NCBI RefSeq assembly: GCF_963921235.1
Contig: NC_086097.1
Coordinates: 14,136,001-14,200,000, forward strand
Origin: Mobula hypostoma
Lineage: Eukaryota
Length of the DNA: 64,000 bases
Direction of reading: 5' to 3'
Position numbers and translations under genes: made by a program. Shown here in pieces: positions 25,020 through 38,340 of the stretch. Positions within the stretch are counted from its first letter, which is position 1. Each line of letters begins with the position of its first letter. The notes beneath the pieces were generated by a model that was not told the origin of the DNA, made no database searches, and saw only the letters and a program-made list of their open reading frames with translations.

Positions 25020-26232
25020 GAACTTACCTATTAACCTATTCACTTATTTGATTGTTTAGGTTTTTTGTATCTCCACAGTTTCTCCTTTGCATCTTGGTAT
25101 TTGTCAGTTTGTGTACGTGTAGATCTTCATTAAATTCTGTTGTGTTTCTTTGATCTTCTGTGAATGCCCACAAGAAAATGAATCTCAGCTGGCATATACA
25201 TACTTAAATAATAACCTTACTTTGTACTTTGAACTTTGATTTTTTTTCACAAACAAGAGAAAATCTGCAGGCGCTGGAAATCTGAGCAACACGCACAAAA
25301 TGCTGGAAGAACTCAGCAGGCCAGGCACCATCTGGGAAGAGTACAGTCGACATCATTTGCCAGTCATCTAGTGATGACCTCATCTGTATGTTACGTTCTC
25401 ACATCAGCATTGATCAGGTCAGATGACTGAAGCCTTAGGTTTACAGACAACGTTGTTTCTTCTGACTAGATTGCAGCCTCAGCTGTCGACAATAGGCTTC
25501 CTGAGCCTGGACAATGTTGTTTCTTAAGAGGGTGGCTGAACAATACTGGCTAAGAATTAACAGTAAACATCTTGAAACTTGAACGGTTCTTGTTTGCTGA
25601 GCTAAAAGACTGAGTAGAGCAAAGAGCCTCCTGACCTTGGGTGGCTGTCACAACAGTGCTTAGATCAGGGCCTATCCTGGTCCCTAGGGCTGTGAGACCT
25701 CAGCACCTGCCACTGTGCTGGCATACCACCTAAAAGCTGCTGCTTCGGAGGAAACCAGGAATCCAGAGTCAATCCCAGGAATAAATGAAAAGACCAGAAA
25801 AAGCGACAGAAGATAAGCTCCAAAGGGAAGGGATGGAGAATTAATCATTTTAATTTGGAATGCACTGCATGAAAGGAAGGTAGAAGTACTTTCAACAGAG
25901 AATTGAATGTGTATACTTTAAAGGAAATACTTACTAGGCTATGCAAAAAGTCTTGGAAGTGTGGCTATTTAGAACATAAAACACATGATGTTGTGCCAAA
26001 GCAATTACGCTAATAATTGCACTAATTCCTTAGCCTCCACGTGATTCATACCCCTCCATTCTCTGCATATTCATATCTCTTAAATGCCTTTGTCTTATCT
26101 ACCTCCCATCACCACCTGTGGCAGCCATTCCAGCACCCACCACCCTTCATATAAAAATACTTCCCCACACATCTTCGAACTCTCTCCCTCACCTCAAATG
26201 CATGCCCTCTAGCATTAGACATTTTGATGTAT

Positions 26233-26515
26233 TTTTTTATTTATTGCGGTACAGTGTGGAATCGGCCCTTCCAGATCTTCGAGCTGCACTGCCCAGCCAT
26301 CCCAGATTTAATCCTAGCCTGATCACGGGACAATTTACAATGACCAATTAACCTACCAACCGGTACGCCTTTGGACTGTGGGAGGAACCCAGAGCACCCA
26401 GAGGAAACCATCACGGGGAGAATATACAAACTCCGTACAGGTAGTGCCAGGAATTGAACCCAAGTTGCTGGTACTGTAAAGCATTGTGCTAACCACTACT
26501 CTATTGTTCCGCCCC
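26233..26515 (-). mobile_element. HE1/V-SINE-type SINE
   Basis: Reverse V core tttggactgtgggaggaacccagagcacccagaggaaacc; reverse A/B boxes; similar copies 26890-27190, 33170-33390, 40283-40535. Confidence 0.85.
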
Positions 26516-28629
26516 AGTTCTGGGAAAAAAATGTCAGCTGTGTCTCCATCTACGTATCTCATAATTTTAGTAGCTTCTATCAGGTTTCCCCTCAGTCTTT
26601 GCATCTTGCCTCTCTCCAAAATCTCCACACGCTTCCGACAGTGTACTGAGTTGAACAGAATTGAATGCAGAATTTTACCAAGCTGCTGTATATTCAGATA
26701 ACTCAAAGAGCTGGAAATTTTTTGCGAGCTCTGTATGTGCTGCATTTTATGCAATCAGTTATCATATGACCAAAAGATTCTTGTCAAATATCCCTGCCAC
26801 AAATCAAAGACACCTCTCAAATGCCTGGAGCTAATGTCCTCATTTGCCTGTACAAATGGTCAGGTGTCAATGACGATGGTGAAAGGTGTTTTTATTTGAG
26901 AAATACTGTGTGGAACAGGTCCTTCCAGCCCAACAAGCCGCCCCACCCAATCACAGCCTAATCATCGGACAATTTAACCCTAGCCTAAGCACAGGGCAAG
27001 TTACAATGATCAATGAACCTACCAGCCAGTATGTCTTTGGAATGTGGGAGGAAACCAGGGCACCCGGAAGAAACCCAGACGCTCATGCAAAGAGCGTGCA
27101 AACATCTTACAGAGGACACTGGAATTGAACTCCAAACTCCGACTCCCCAAGCTATAATAGACTTGTGCTAACCACCACGCTACTGTGGTGTCTTTATTAT
27201 GAGACAAGTTCAAAATAGAGTAAGAAAGTGTTATTAAAGTTGTATGGGACCTTACTGAGATCCGAATATTATGTTCAGCTTGATCAATGGAATCACTTTC
27301 AAGGACTCAGGTCTTTAATATTTATTGCTTATTTATTTATTATTATTATTTCTTATTTTGTACTTGCACAGTTTTTTGTCTTCTGCACTCTGGTTGAAAG
27401 CGCCAGTTGGGTGGTCCTTCATTGATTGTGTTATGGTTATTAGATTTATTGAGCATGTCTACAAGAAAATGAATGCCAGGGTTGTATATGGTGGCATGCA
27501 TGTACTTTGATAATAAATTTACTTTGAACTTTGAACTTTTCTTACCCCCAGAAAGCATAGAGTGCTATAGAGAGCATACAGTGAAGGTTCACCATGTAAA
27601 CAGTGACATGGCTGTTTTATAAGGAGAGAATGAGTAGGCTACATTGGGCCTATGCCAGATTCAGGTGGAGCAGTCAGTCCCGTTCCTCTCTCCTTATTCC
27701 CCTGTTCCCCCGTATGCTTGTCCTCTGCTGAGCAGGTATGAATGGCTTAATCACACTCCAAGCTAATGCATAGAGACAGAACTGATTGGAAAGATCTTGC
27801 ACATGCATTTAGGCTGCGAGGGCTCTTTATATCCTCTCTTCTTTTATTTAACAACAATGGAGGTGGAATGAGAATCAGGTTTATTATCACTGAGGCATGT
27901 CACGTAATATGTTGTTTTGCAGGAGCAGCACAGTGCAAGACATAAAATTTCCCAAATCTCCTCTAACTCTTAATGAAGTAGAGCAGCTGGCATGCCCTCT
28001 TCATGAAAGTTTGGGCCCTGGATAGATGCTCAGAGACATAGACACTGAGGAACTTGATGCTGCTCACCCTTTCAGCGCTGATCCCTCAATAAGGACTGAT
28101 GGGTATTCACCCGCCTTCCTCTTCCTGACTCCACAGTCAGTTCCTTGGTTTTGTTGATGTTGAGTTCAAGGTTGTTTTTGCAACATCACTCAATCAGCCA
28201 ATCTGTGTCACTCCTCGTAAAATAAGCGACAAAGGAACATTAAACAAGCTGTTGTTTGAACTGCAAGGCACAATACTAAATTTGTTCTTCATACAGCGCT
28301 AAATTGAACTGAACTGAACTGAGATAAACTGGACCTTCCTAGACTGTTTCAAGGACTCTGTGGTTTGATGTTTTATATTCTGTAGGTTTTGTGCTCTTTT
28401 TTGCCATTTGCATGATTTGTTCTTTTTTTTTGCCCATTGGGTGTTTGATATTTTCCTTGAACAGGTTCCGTGGTGTTTCTTCTTTTGTGGCTGTCTGTGG
28501 GTAAGACGAATCTTAGGGTTGTATACTGCATACATACTAGATAATAAATGTACTTTGGATCTTTTAATCTTTCATCTTTGTTCTTAATTTTAAGATAGTC
28601 AAAGCCATCTGAACCATTTATCTTGTGCA

Positions 28630-29545
28630 AGGGTCAAGAGAGAGGGAAGAACTGAAAGAAATCAGTGTAAAGTTTAAAGAAATTAATGAGGCAAAAGGCT
28701 GAGAAATCCTTAGCATCTGATTATCGATATCTCAGAGTCTCAAAAGCCCTGGGAATAGTGAATGCATTGGTGGCCATCTTCCAAAGTGTTTTAGGCTCAG
28801 ATGCAGTTCCTCCAAATTGGTGAATGGCAAATTGTAACCCTACCATGTGGGAAAGGAGGGAACAAGATATCTAGGAATTAACGGACTATTAAGCCTAACA
28901 TCAATGACAGGGAAAATGTTAGAAGCTATTATACCAGATACATTAAGGAAATCATCAGTGGAATTGAAGAAAGTCGACATGGGTTTAGGAACGGGAAAGC
29001 ATACTCTTGGGCCTGAAAAGATGTGCTGGCATTGGAGAGGGCCCAGAGGAGATTCACAAGAATAATTCCAGGAACAAAGGGTTAATGTATGAGGATCATT
29101 TGATAGCTCTGGGCCCATACTCACAGGGGTTTAGAAGAATGGGGGGGGGGAGGTGGGAGAGTGAATCTCATTGAAACCTATCAAATTTTGAAAGGGCTAG
29201 ACAGAGTGGATTTAGAAAGGATAATTCTGATAGTGGGGGAGTCCAGGACCAAAGGGCAAAGCCTCAGAATAGAAGGATACTAACTTAGAGCAGAGATGAC
29301 GAGGAATTTCTTTAGCCAGACGGTAGTGAATATGCGGAATTTATTGCCACAGTTGTCTGTGAAGGCCAAGTCATTATGTATATTTAAAGTGGAGGTTGAT
29401 AGGTTCTTGTTTAGTCAGGGCTACAAGGAGAAGGCAGGAGAATGGGGTTGAGAGAGATAATAAATCAGCCTTGATGGAATGGCAGAGAAGTTTCAATGGG
29501 TCAAGTGCCCTAATTCTACTCCTATTTCTCATGGTCTTATGGTAT
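28630..29545 (+). mobile_element. Old CR1 relics
   Basis: SLTSMTGKMLEAII; cattggagagggcccagaggagattcacaag; CR1 3' UTR. Confidence 0.75.
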
Positions 29546-30174
29546 TTACAAATCTATTGATTTGGTTCAGAAGATTTATTGATGATGTAGGTAGAAGACA
29601 GTGGGCATGTGTGTTTTTTTTGGACTCAGTGTTGGCTTTGGATAAAATCATACACAAGGGTTTAGTGTGCAAAATTAAAGCACATGGAATTGGAAATAAT
29701 ATACTGTATTGACAAAACTGAGAGTTACTTGCTGAAGGGGAGCAGAGTGTAGGGATAAATGGGCTTTTCTTGGATCAATATTTGGACCTCAACATTTCAC
29801 AATATGGAGCAATGATTTAGATAAAGGAGCTGAATGACACGTCACCAAAGAAGCAGAAGGCACAAGAATGGAAGGAATGTCAAAAGTGATGTGGGCGTAA
29901 AGTGGCTCCAAGTTGATTGAGACCAGTTAGATGAGTTGACAAGTATATGGCATGTGCAGTTTAACACTGATAAAAGATAGGTTGCCCACATTATTTCTAG
30001 AAACAGCTCTGTGGGTGTACCTGCACCTCAGGGACTGCAACAGTTCAAGAAGGCAGCTCATCAACACCTTCTCAAGGGCAACTAGGGGTGGGCAATAAAT
30101 GCCGGCTTAGTTGGTTTACCTCCTGTAAATGAGTAAAAAATGGAAAGTCAGATTAATAATTGAACTGCAATAAA

Positions 30175-30356
30175 TTGCTGATTGCGTCACCTCTGAACTG
30201 ATCCGACATTTACGTGCCGGACGGCGCCTAATTAATTAGCTTGTTTATTTCAGCTTTTTTTCCTAAAGATGTGCCGGGCGCGTTCCAGCTACCGCTGCAC
30301 CGCTGCATGCTTCGCAGATCGGTATCGGTCCGCGGCCCGGAGGTTGGGGACCACTG
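30175..30356. mobile_element. One-ended hAT (Charlie-like) MITE fragment
   Basis: Terminus ccggaggttggggaccactg (reverse cagtggtccccaacc); CpG-rich; no matching other end seen. Confidence 0.6.
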
Positions 30357-31349
30357 CTGTAGGAGGTAGAACGTTAGCACAGCGCTTGGCATAACACCTT
30401 ACAGCACCAGCGGCCAGGGACAATAGCCCTCCACTGACTGCAAGAAAGTTATACGTTCTTCCCATGACCTTGTTGGTTTCTTCTGGGTGCTCCGGTTTCA
30501 TCCCACATTCCAAAGACATATGGCTGGTAAACTGTGGGTCTGCTAAATTGGCACCGGAAGCATAGCAACACTTGCAGGCTGCCCCCCCGCAGTGCATCCT
30601 CTGACATGTTGGTCATTGACGCAATGACACATTTCACTGTATGCTTCCTTGTATATGAGACAAATAAAGCTAATCTTTTCTCTTTATCGTTGTGTAATAT
30701 CCATTTCTCATCCCTTTACCAACATGAATTAAGGTAGAAAGCTACAACCAGCAGCCATTATGGAGCCGTCCCAACAGAATGAGCCACTTGGCTGTTTTGT
30801 TCGCTTGAAGGGGACCACCCTGCTAGCGTCAGGAAAACTGGCTGAGCAGTTTCAGATGCTGATCCAATATTTCCCAGGTCTGCTCAGCCCACAGAGCATG
30901 CCTCTGCTGATGGGTGTAGCCCTTTAAGCTTTCAGTTGCTGAGGCAGTCAGTGGATGCTTCAGGCATGGTGGGCAGGGTTCCATGAGTAGAGGCATAGGG
31001 ATGGCGTTGACTGACCTCGCTGGGTGGGTCAGCATCCACAGGGCAAGAGACAAAGCAATGTTCGGCAGTGAAGAGCCACTCCTGTGAAGCCTTCCCAGAT
31101 ACCACACCCAACCTGGAGCTCTCCTATGAACAATTCTCCACAGGTTTTGATATTCTGTGGCCACCATCACTGAACTCTGTCAGATGCTTTAGGAGGGCAT
31201 TTGCTGCTCTCCTGTTCCTGGACTTCTCCCTCCAGGGAGGTGACACATTGACCTTCAATGTCCCCAGCACACAATCTTCCCAAATCAGTTGGAGTAGATC
31301 CCTGCTTCATTTTCCAGTTGGTTACTGCCTCAGAAAGGCAACTCAAGAC

Positions 31350-31885
31350 ACAGTTGTAAAGGACCTTGGTAAGGACACGCTTGGGAGTACTGTGATCATT
31401 TTGGTTATTAGACTAGAAAAAGTACAGAAAAGACTTCCAAAAAACTTGCCAGGACACCAGGACTGAGTAAAAAGGAGAGGTTGGATAGGCTAGAACCTTG
31501 TTCTTGGAGCATAGCAGACTGAGGAATGACCTTAAGGACGCAGAAAAAATCATGAGGAAGATAGAAGGGTGAATACAAATAGATTTTTCCCAGAGACATT
31601 AGAGGACATAGGTTTAAGTAAAAAGGGAAAAACTTAATAAGAACTTGATGGCAGCAAATTTTTTAAGCAGAGAATGATATGTGCGTGGAATGGACTGCTA
31701 CAGGAAATGGGTGAGGCAGGTACTTAAGCAACTTTTAGAAGACTGTTGGACAGGTATATGGTTTGGAAAAGTTGAGAAGGTTTTAGGCCAAACACTGGCT
31801 AATGGGACCAGCTTGGATGACCATGTTGGCCGGCGTGGACCATTTAGGCCAAAGGGCCTATTTCCATGCTGTATGACACCATGAC
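31350..31885 (+). mobile_element. Old CR1 3' end
   Basis: RLEKVQKRLPKNLPG; tail gggcctatttccatgctgtatgac. Confidence 0.7.
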
Positions 31886-32408
31886 TTTAGGAAATGCATT
31901 CACAGAGATATTATCTCATTCTCTTTGATATTACTGAGGTAAAGGCATCACAAAGATTGGGATATGCTGGTACCTCTGGCTCCCCACACATGCAGGCAGC
32001 TGCTGAGCGTGTTCATATGCCCAGAAGGAATCCCGGCAACAATCAGGACAGCTTTGTATGAGCAGCAAAGGTTCTCACTCCGTCAATAGGCAGCTTGTTG
32101 TGGACTGCAGGAAGAATGGGCTGGTGGGTGGTGTGGGGGTGTCGATGGAGTAACAGTGTGTCAGTATGTGTTAGTGCAGGTGTGAATGGTGAACAGCTGC
32201 TTTCAGTTGAATCTGTACAATCAAGAGCTGCCCAGATCCTGATTCTGTATATCAAGTGCACTAACATCATTTCAAACTAGACCTGGTCAATTTTGCATTC
32301 ATTATTGTGAAAGACTTGGGAGATGGATGTCAGTGCTAAAGGCTTTAGGGTACAAAAACTCAGTCCAACCATTTTTCTCAGCAGTTTCTGTCTCATTTAA
32401 CTTTTTTA

Positions 32409-32996
32409 TTAGATTATGAGGACACGCAGTCCTCCTTTATTGTCATTTAGTAATGCATGCATTAAGAAATGATACATTATTCCTCCGGTGTGATATCACA
32501 AAACACAGGACAGACCAAGACTGAAAAAACTGACAAAACCACATAATTAGAGCATTTAGTTACGAATAGTGTAACAATACCATAACTTGATGAAGAAGTC
32601 CATGAGCACAGTAAAGTTCAAAGTTTCTCAAATGTCCCACATCTCACGCAGACAGGAGAAGGAAGAAAAACTCTCCCTGCTCTGCCAACCACAATCTGAC
32701 TCTGAGTCATCCGAAAACTTCGAGCTCTGATCAGCTCTCTGACACCGAGTACTGAGCGCCATCTCTGTCCCAACGATTCGACCTCCTTCTCGGTCGCCAA
32801 AAGCAGGCAAGGCCGGGGATTTTGAGGCCTTCCCTCCGAAAGATTCCCGACCACACAGTAACGACAGCGGCAAACGGGCGTTTCAGAAATTTCTCCAGAT
32901 GTTCCTCTGTGCTTTCACGTCCATTCTCCATCAAATCAGAATTGTCCACGGCCCCTATTTAACAGACACTATATCACTTTTCACCAGAGGGCTGCG
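32409..32996 (-). mobile_element. ~600-bp non-coding retroposon with (aatct)n tail, copy 1
   Basis: Colinear with 35066-35673; 3' hairpin GAGGAC-tgcgt-GTCCTC before the tail. Confidence 0.8.
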
Positions 32997-33852
32997 AATT
33001 GTGATGCCAATTTGTAGTGGTTGTCCGTCGTGTCCAACAATGACAGGAAACCTGTGCGGGAAAGTTTCTTTTTCGTTTGTGGGGGTTTTTTGATTTACTT
33101 TTTAGCTGGTTCAGTACAACATTGCGGGCTGAAGGGCCAGTTCCTGTGCTGTACAGTTTTACGTTCGATGTTCTATTCCGAGATACAGCGCGGAACAAGT
33201 CCTTCCAGCCCAACAAGCCACACCACCCAGCAGCCCACTGATTTAACCCAAAGCCTAATCACAAGACCATCTATAATGACCAATTAACCTCCTAATCAGT
33301 ACATCTTTGCACTGTGGGAGGAAACTGCAGCACCCCGAGGAAACCCACACATAAACGGAAAGAGCGTACAAAATTTCTTACAGGTGGCACCATAATTGAG
33401 TTCATATTTCTCATGTAAGAGGTCTGATAACAGCAGAGTAGAATCTGTCCTTTAGCCTGGTCTTGGCTAGTCGCACTGCAAAGTGAAGGCAATGGATTCC
33501 AGTAGTACAGACCCTGTATAATAGTGAAAAGCCTTTCAGCTTACCCATGATGATAATCAGGGTTGAGTTTGCTTTCAAGGGAATGCTGTCGTTATCCACA
33601 GTTGTTTTAAATGGTCTGACTATTGATCCAGCTACATTAAATCCCAATTGGAATCTGCATCTTCCTGCACGAGACAGTACATCCATCTACTAGTTAATTG
33701 AAAATCCAATACATATAGACACACAAATACAGATATGGTGCAGCATCATCTTTAGCACAATGAAAACAGCAACTATATCCAAAGGAAAATGAATTGTTAC
33801 TTCAATTGCTTCAGAGCAGTTATTAGCCATACAAATGCAGGGACTCTAAACC

Positions 33853-34162
33853 ACTTACTTACTGCCCATTATGCCTTTTGGTGTTTAGGACAGCAATGAA
33901 GTTTTTTCATTATTGCTTCTATAATAGTTTTGTTATATAAGTCAGGGTTGTTAACCTTGAACTGACCTTCCCCGCCCCCACCCCCCCACTACAAGATCTG
34001 GAGGACCAGTGAACCTCTCTTAGCCTGGCCTCTATCCTTTGAATTCTTTGGCATGGGTGACCCTTCCAAGAGCCAAAGTAAAAAGCCCTGACTCCAGCCA
34101 ACACAGCACTCTAGGTCATTGAGCCTCCAAACACAAAGACAAAGTTGTGGTCCTCTTGGAGG
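33853..34162 (-). mobile_element. Unclassified (RTE-like) short retroposon, copy 2
   Basis: Homologous to 139-446; (taag)n tail seen as cttacttac. Confidence 0.5.
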
Positions 34163-34757
34163 ACGTAACAGTTAGTACAACGCTATTACAACTCAGGGTG
34201 TTAGTTAGAGTTCAGAGTTCAATTCCAGCACCTTCCGTAAGAAAGTTTGTACCAAGTACTGTAGTAGGTTTACAATGTCTCATTTTTATGTACTTTATGT
34301 GTTTATTCAGATGAAAACTGCTACTCTATTAAATATCTCAGTGGCACAAACTGTTAAATCTGTTCAGGGCAAATGTTTAAGGTCTGACAGGCATGGTACA
34401 CTCACTGATTTCTGTCTCTCCCTAAGCTGTTCCATGTTACTCAGGCAACACCCAAGGATCGACCCTAATCTTGGGCATTGTTGTGATGGCCAAGCTCAAG
34501 AGGCTTTTTGCTAAACTCAGCTTTTTAGCATAGAATATAAGACATAGAACTGTGCAGCACAGGAGCAGGCTGTTCGGCCCACAATGTTGTGCCAAACCAG
34601 CTGAAAGGTAAATCAAAAAAACCCCACTAACGAGTCCCTCCTACCTACACAATGTCCATATCCCTCCATTTTCCTTATATCCTATCTAAATGTCTCTTAA
34701 AAGCATCCAGTGTATTTGCCGCTACCAAGATGCAGGATTACACTGAGAAGGCAGGAG

Positions 34758-35064
34758 TGTTACGAGATGCTCCCAACTGCTTCACCTTCCGGGATTTAGA
34801 CACTCTAATTCTCCAGGATATGACGAGCTGGTGTAACCCCTTTAAGGGCCAGAACAATCCCACTATTTGGCAGTCACGTTTTGGGCACCAAGAATCGACA
34901 CCTGACCTGAGGTTTGGTGCTCAGTCATAAGCCTACCAGTAATGTTGTCCAGTGTTTGTTTTGTGCTCAGTTTTCGATCTAGTTTGATACCATGTCTCGA
35001 AGCTTGTTTCGGATACTCCAGTAATTGGGTCCAAACCATCCTCATCAAGGATTCCCATCGCACA
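34758..35064. mobile_element. Probable solo LTR inside a CR1 3' UTR
   Basis: TG...CA ends (tgttacga / tcgcaca); host gagaaggcaggag|...|gagaacgggg; possible GGAG TSD with the right copy split by the next element. Confidence 0.45.
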
Positions 35065-35065
35065 G

Positions 35066-35673
35066 GATTAGATTAGATTATGAGGACACGCAGTCCTCTT
35101 TTATTGTCATTTAGTAATGCATGCATTAAGAAATGCTACAATGTTCCTCTGGTGTGATATCACAGAAATACAGGACAGACCAAGACTGAAAAACTAACAA
35201 AACCCACATAACTATAACTTATAGTTACAACAGTGCAAAGCAATACCATAACTTGATGAAGAACAGTCCATGGCACAGTAAAAAAGTTCAAAGTCTCTGG
35301 AAAGTCCCACATCTCACGCAGAGGGGAGAAAGAAGAAAACTCTCCCTGCCATGCCCAACCACAGTCCGACTCTGAGTCGTCAGAAAACTTTGAGCTCTGA
35401 TCAGTCCTCCAACACCGAGTACCGAGCACCATCTCTATCCGAACGATTCGACCTCAACCTCGGTCGCCAGCAGCAGACAAAGCCGAGGATTTTGGGGCCT
35501 TCCGTCGGGAAGATTCTTGATCGCACAGTAGCAGCGGCAGCGAACCGGGCAACTCAGAAATTTCTCCAGATGTTCCCCTGTGCTTCTCACGTCCGTCTCC
35601 ATCAAATCAGAATTGTGCACGGCCCCTATTTAACAAGTACGATATCATTTCACCGGAGAGCTGCATGCGCTGC
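35066..35673 (-). mobile_element. ~600-bp non-coding retroposon with (aatct)n tail, copy 2
   Basis: gattagattagattatgaggacacgcagtcctc...caccggagagctgc. Confidence 0.8.
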
Positions 35674-35985
35674 GAGAACGGGGTTTTAAAAATAATTGGC
35701 CATGATTGAATATTGGACCAGGGTTGAAGGGCCATATAGCCTAATTCAGCTCCTATATCTTATGAGCTCCTACCATCAAGTCAACTTTGTACACAATTGG
35801 TCTGCCCAATCTGGATCCAATGTTTTCTAACCTTCCAAACCAGCCTACCATGCAGGACTTTGTGAGAGGCCTTGCTAAGGTCAACATAGACAATATCCAT
35901 TGCCCTGCTTTCATCAACTTCCCTGTTGCCTCTTCCCCAACTCTGCCCGGTACTCAGGTTACAATTGCCTGACAGGCTGTACATG

Positions 35986-36282
35986 CTCTCAGTGACCACT
36001 CTGTTAGGTACACCTGTGTACCTGCTCGACAATTACGAATATCTAATCGGACGATCATGTGACCGCAACTCAATGCATAAAAGCACGCAGACATGGTCAA
36101 AAGGTTCATTTGTTGCTCAGACCAAACATCAGAAAGGGGAAGAAATGTGATCTAAGTGGTGTGCAGAAGAGCATGTCTGAATGCATATGTTCAACCCTGA
36201 AGAGGACGGGGCAGAAGGCCACGAGCACACGCTCAATTCTCTCTTTATAAGGACAAGAAATTAATAAAGTAGCCACTGAGTG
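35986..36282 (+). mobile_element. Tc1-like element, second and more deleted copy
   Basis: Same TIRs as 23075 copy, 3' TA; internal deletion joins gatctaagtg to gtgtgcagaagagc. Confidence 0.8.
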
Positions 36283-36382
36283 TATGCGGAAGCTTTAGGA
36301 AACTGGTGAGATGGGTTTGACATATGCTGCAGGGACAGAGGCATTTTCTGCCAATTCTGAATTCGATTTGTTGATGATGATG

Positions 36383-36743
36383 TTCTCTCACTCTCCTTTT
36401 TCTCCCTCTGTCCCTCTGAATATACCTCTTGCCCATCCTCTGGGTCACCCCCCCCCCCGTCTTTCTCCCTAGGCCTCCTGTCCCATGATCCTCTCGTATC
36501 CCCTTTTGCCTATCACCTGTCCAGCTCTTGGCTCTATCCCTCCCCCTCCTGTCTTCTCCTATCATTTTGCATCTCCCCCTCCCCCTCCAGCTTTCACTCT
36601 TCCTTCAGTTAGTCCTGACGAAGGGTCTCGGCCTGAAACGTCGACTGCGCCTCTTCCTATAGATGCTGCTTGGCCTGCTGCGTTCACCAGCAACTTTGAT
36701 GTGTGTTGCTTGAATTTCCAGCATCTGCAGAATTCCTGTTGTT
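36383..36743 (+). mobile_element. Young Penelope-like 3' end
   Basis: Pyrimidine-rich UTR, intact hammerhead motif, terminal segment near-identical to the 11107 and 47649 elements. Confidence 0.8.
36611..36646 (+). ncRNA. Minimal type I hammerhead ribozyme motif
   Basis: AGTC-CTGACGA-AGG gtctcgg CCT-GAAA-C-GTC-GACT: stem I agtc/gact, CUGANGA and GAAA core, palindromic ACGT mini stem III, GUC cleavage triplet. Confidence 0.72.
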
Positions 36744-37084
36744 CAAGTTAATGGATGGTTTTGATTGTTGGTATGTTCTATGCAAAAATTGCCCACTTCA
36801 TTCCAACTTTACAAATGGTCCTGGTCTTTTTTTTCCCAGTTAAGGGAATCAAAAGCCAGAGGGCACAGGTGTGAAGTGCGAGGGGAGAGATTTAAAGGGA
36901 CCAGAGGGGCAATTTCTTCATGCAGAGGTGATGTGATGTGTATGTGGAATTAACTGCCAGTTGAAGTAGCTGAGACATGTACAAAGAGCAACTTTAAAAA
37001 TCATTTGAACAGGTACATGGACAGGAAGGGATATGAGGCAAATGCAGACAAACAGAACTAGCTCAGAACTAACTGTCTAGAGAC

Positions 37085-38340
37085 ACAAGCCTGGGCGGTA
37101 CGATATGGAGGGCAAGTTGTTGCCCATGTAGCAAGCTTCCCCTCTCCACGCATCTGATGAACCCAAAGGAATGGCAGAGATTGATACAATTTGGCACCAG
37201 CAGCATTGCAGGAGTTGTCGGACGCCATTGAACTTAGCATAGGATTGCCTTAGGAACTTCAGCTCCAGATTTGTCCCTCGGGTTTTACTCCATGAATGGG
37301 TATAGCCACAAGGCGGTGGAGGTTTGAAATCAGAGTCTTCCTTCTCCTAGATAAGCCGCCAACCACGGCCGATCAACATCATCTGCCCAGAGCAACTGGT
37401 TTTAAGGTGACAGTAACCTGCCATTGCCCCTTCTCCTTCTCCTGTTAGTAGAAATGGTTCCACCAGGTTTAAGGCTGATTTATACTTGTGCGTGCTAGCT
37501 TACACCGCAGGCTTTGCAAGTGGGCTACGCCGTTGTGAGCATTTATACTTGTGCATTGGAGTGTCTGCGTCACTCTGCAATTCACCACCAAAACGCTAGT
37601 TGGTGGTGAGGTTTCTATGCCACTGGGTTGAGTTTCTTCATGTTGAAACTCAACACGAAGAAACTCAAACTTCAAACAATGACGACTGAAACTGAAGGAG
37701 GGTGAATTTTCTGCGCTTGTCCGGCCACTGAGAGACATGGACGAGGAAATGCATTTCAAATATTTTTGGATGTCGGCAGGAAGATTTGACAATTTGGTTC
37801 ATCGTCTCCAACCATTCATTTCGCATCAGTGTACGCACAGTATACTCAGAGACTGGAAATCACCATTCGAGTTTTAGCTTCAGGTGGAAGTCAACAGGCC
37901 GTAGCAGCTAGCTACAAACTGGTGTCAAGCACAGGGTCCTCCATAATTTCGGAGGTCTGTAAAGCTTTATGGAAAGCATTGCAGCCAGAGTTCCATCCCT
38001 GCCCTTCAGTCGCCCAATGGCAAGCTATTGCAGCGTAGGAGGAAATGTGATGCTACCAAGCGGACCAATCACAGTTGTTGCGGTCTGCGACACCGCGACA
38101 CGTAGTTACATTTTGGGAGAGATGCGCATTAGGTTTGCATAGAGTACAGCGTAGGGTACGCTGCTATGCCGTACCTACAGTGTACACTTGACACACAAGT
38201 ATAAATCAGCCTTAAATCAGATACGACATGAAGGCCAGGACCTGGACTTGGTTATCAGAGGCTTTCTGAGGTGCTATGGTTGGGAGCATTGAATAGGTAG
38301 TGAGAGGTAATCCCCACTACCACCCGCAGCCATAACAACA
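37085..38340 (-). mobile_element. RTE-related non-coding retroposon (host of the Harbinger insert)
   Basis: Reverse complement of 37085-37200 aligns with the 3' half of the SINE at 39011 (ctggtgccaa...cgtggagagggga...catgggcaac...gcccagg); distal boundary inferred. Confidence 0.5.
37473..38211 (+). mobile_element. PIF/Harbinger non-autonomous deletion derivative
   Basis: 21-bp TIR ggctgatttatacttgtg(c/t)gt, TTAA on both flanks; transposase relic [16 protein letters not shown]...[22 protein letters not shown]...[10 protein letters not shown]...P...W. Confidence 0.9.

Noticed and set aside
30780..31330. GC-richer block with faint minus-strand similarity to an L1/Tx1 C-terminus (LWRIVHR, EHCFVSC)
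   Set aside because: Motifs lie in different frames and are too weak to call
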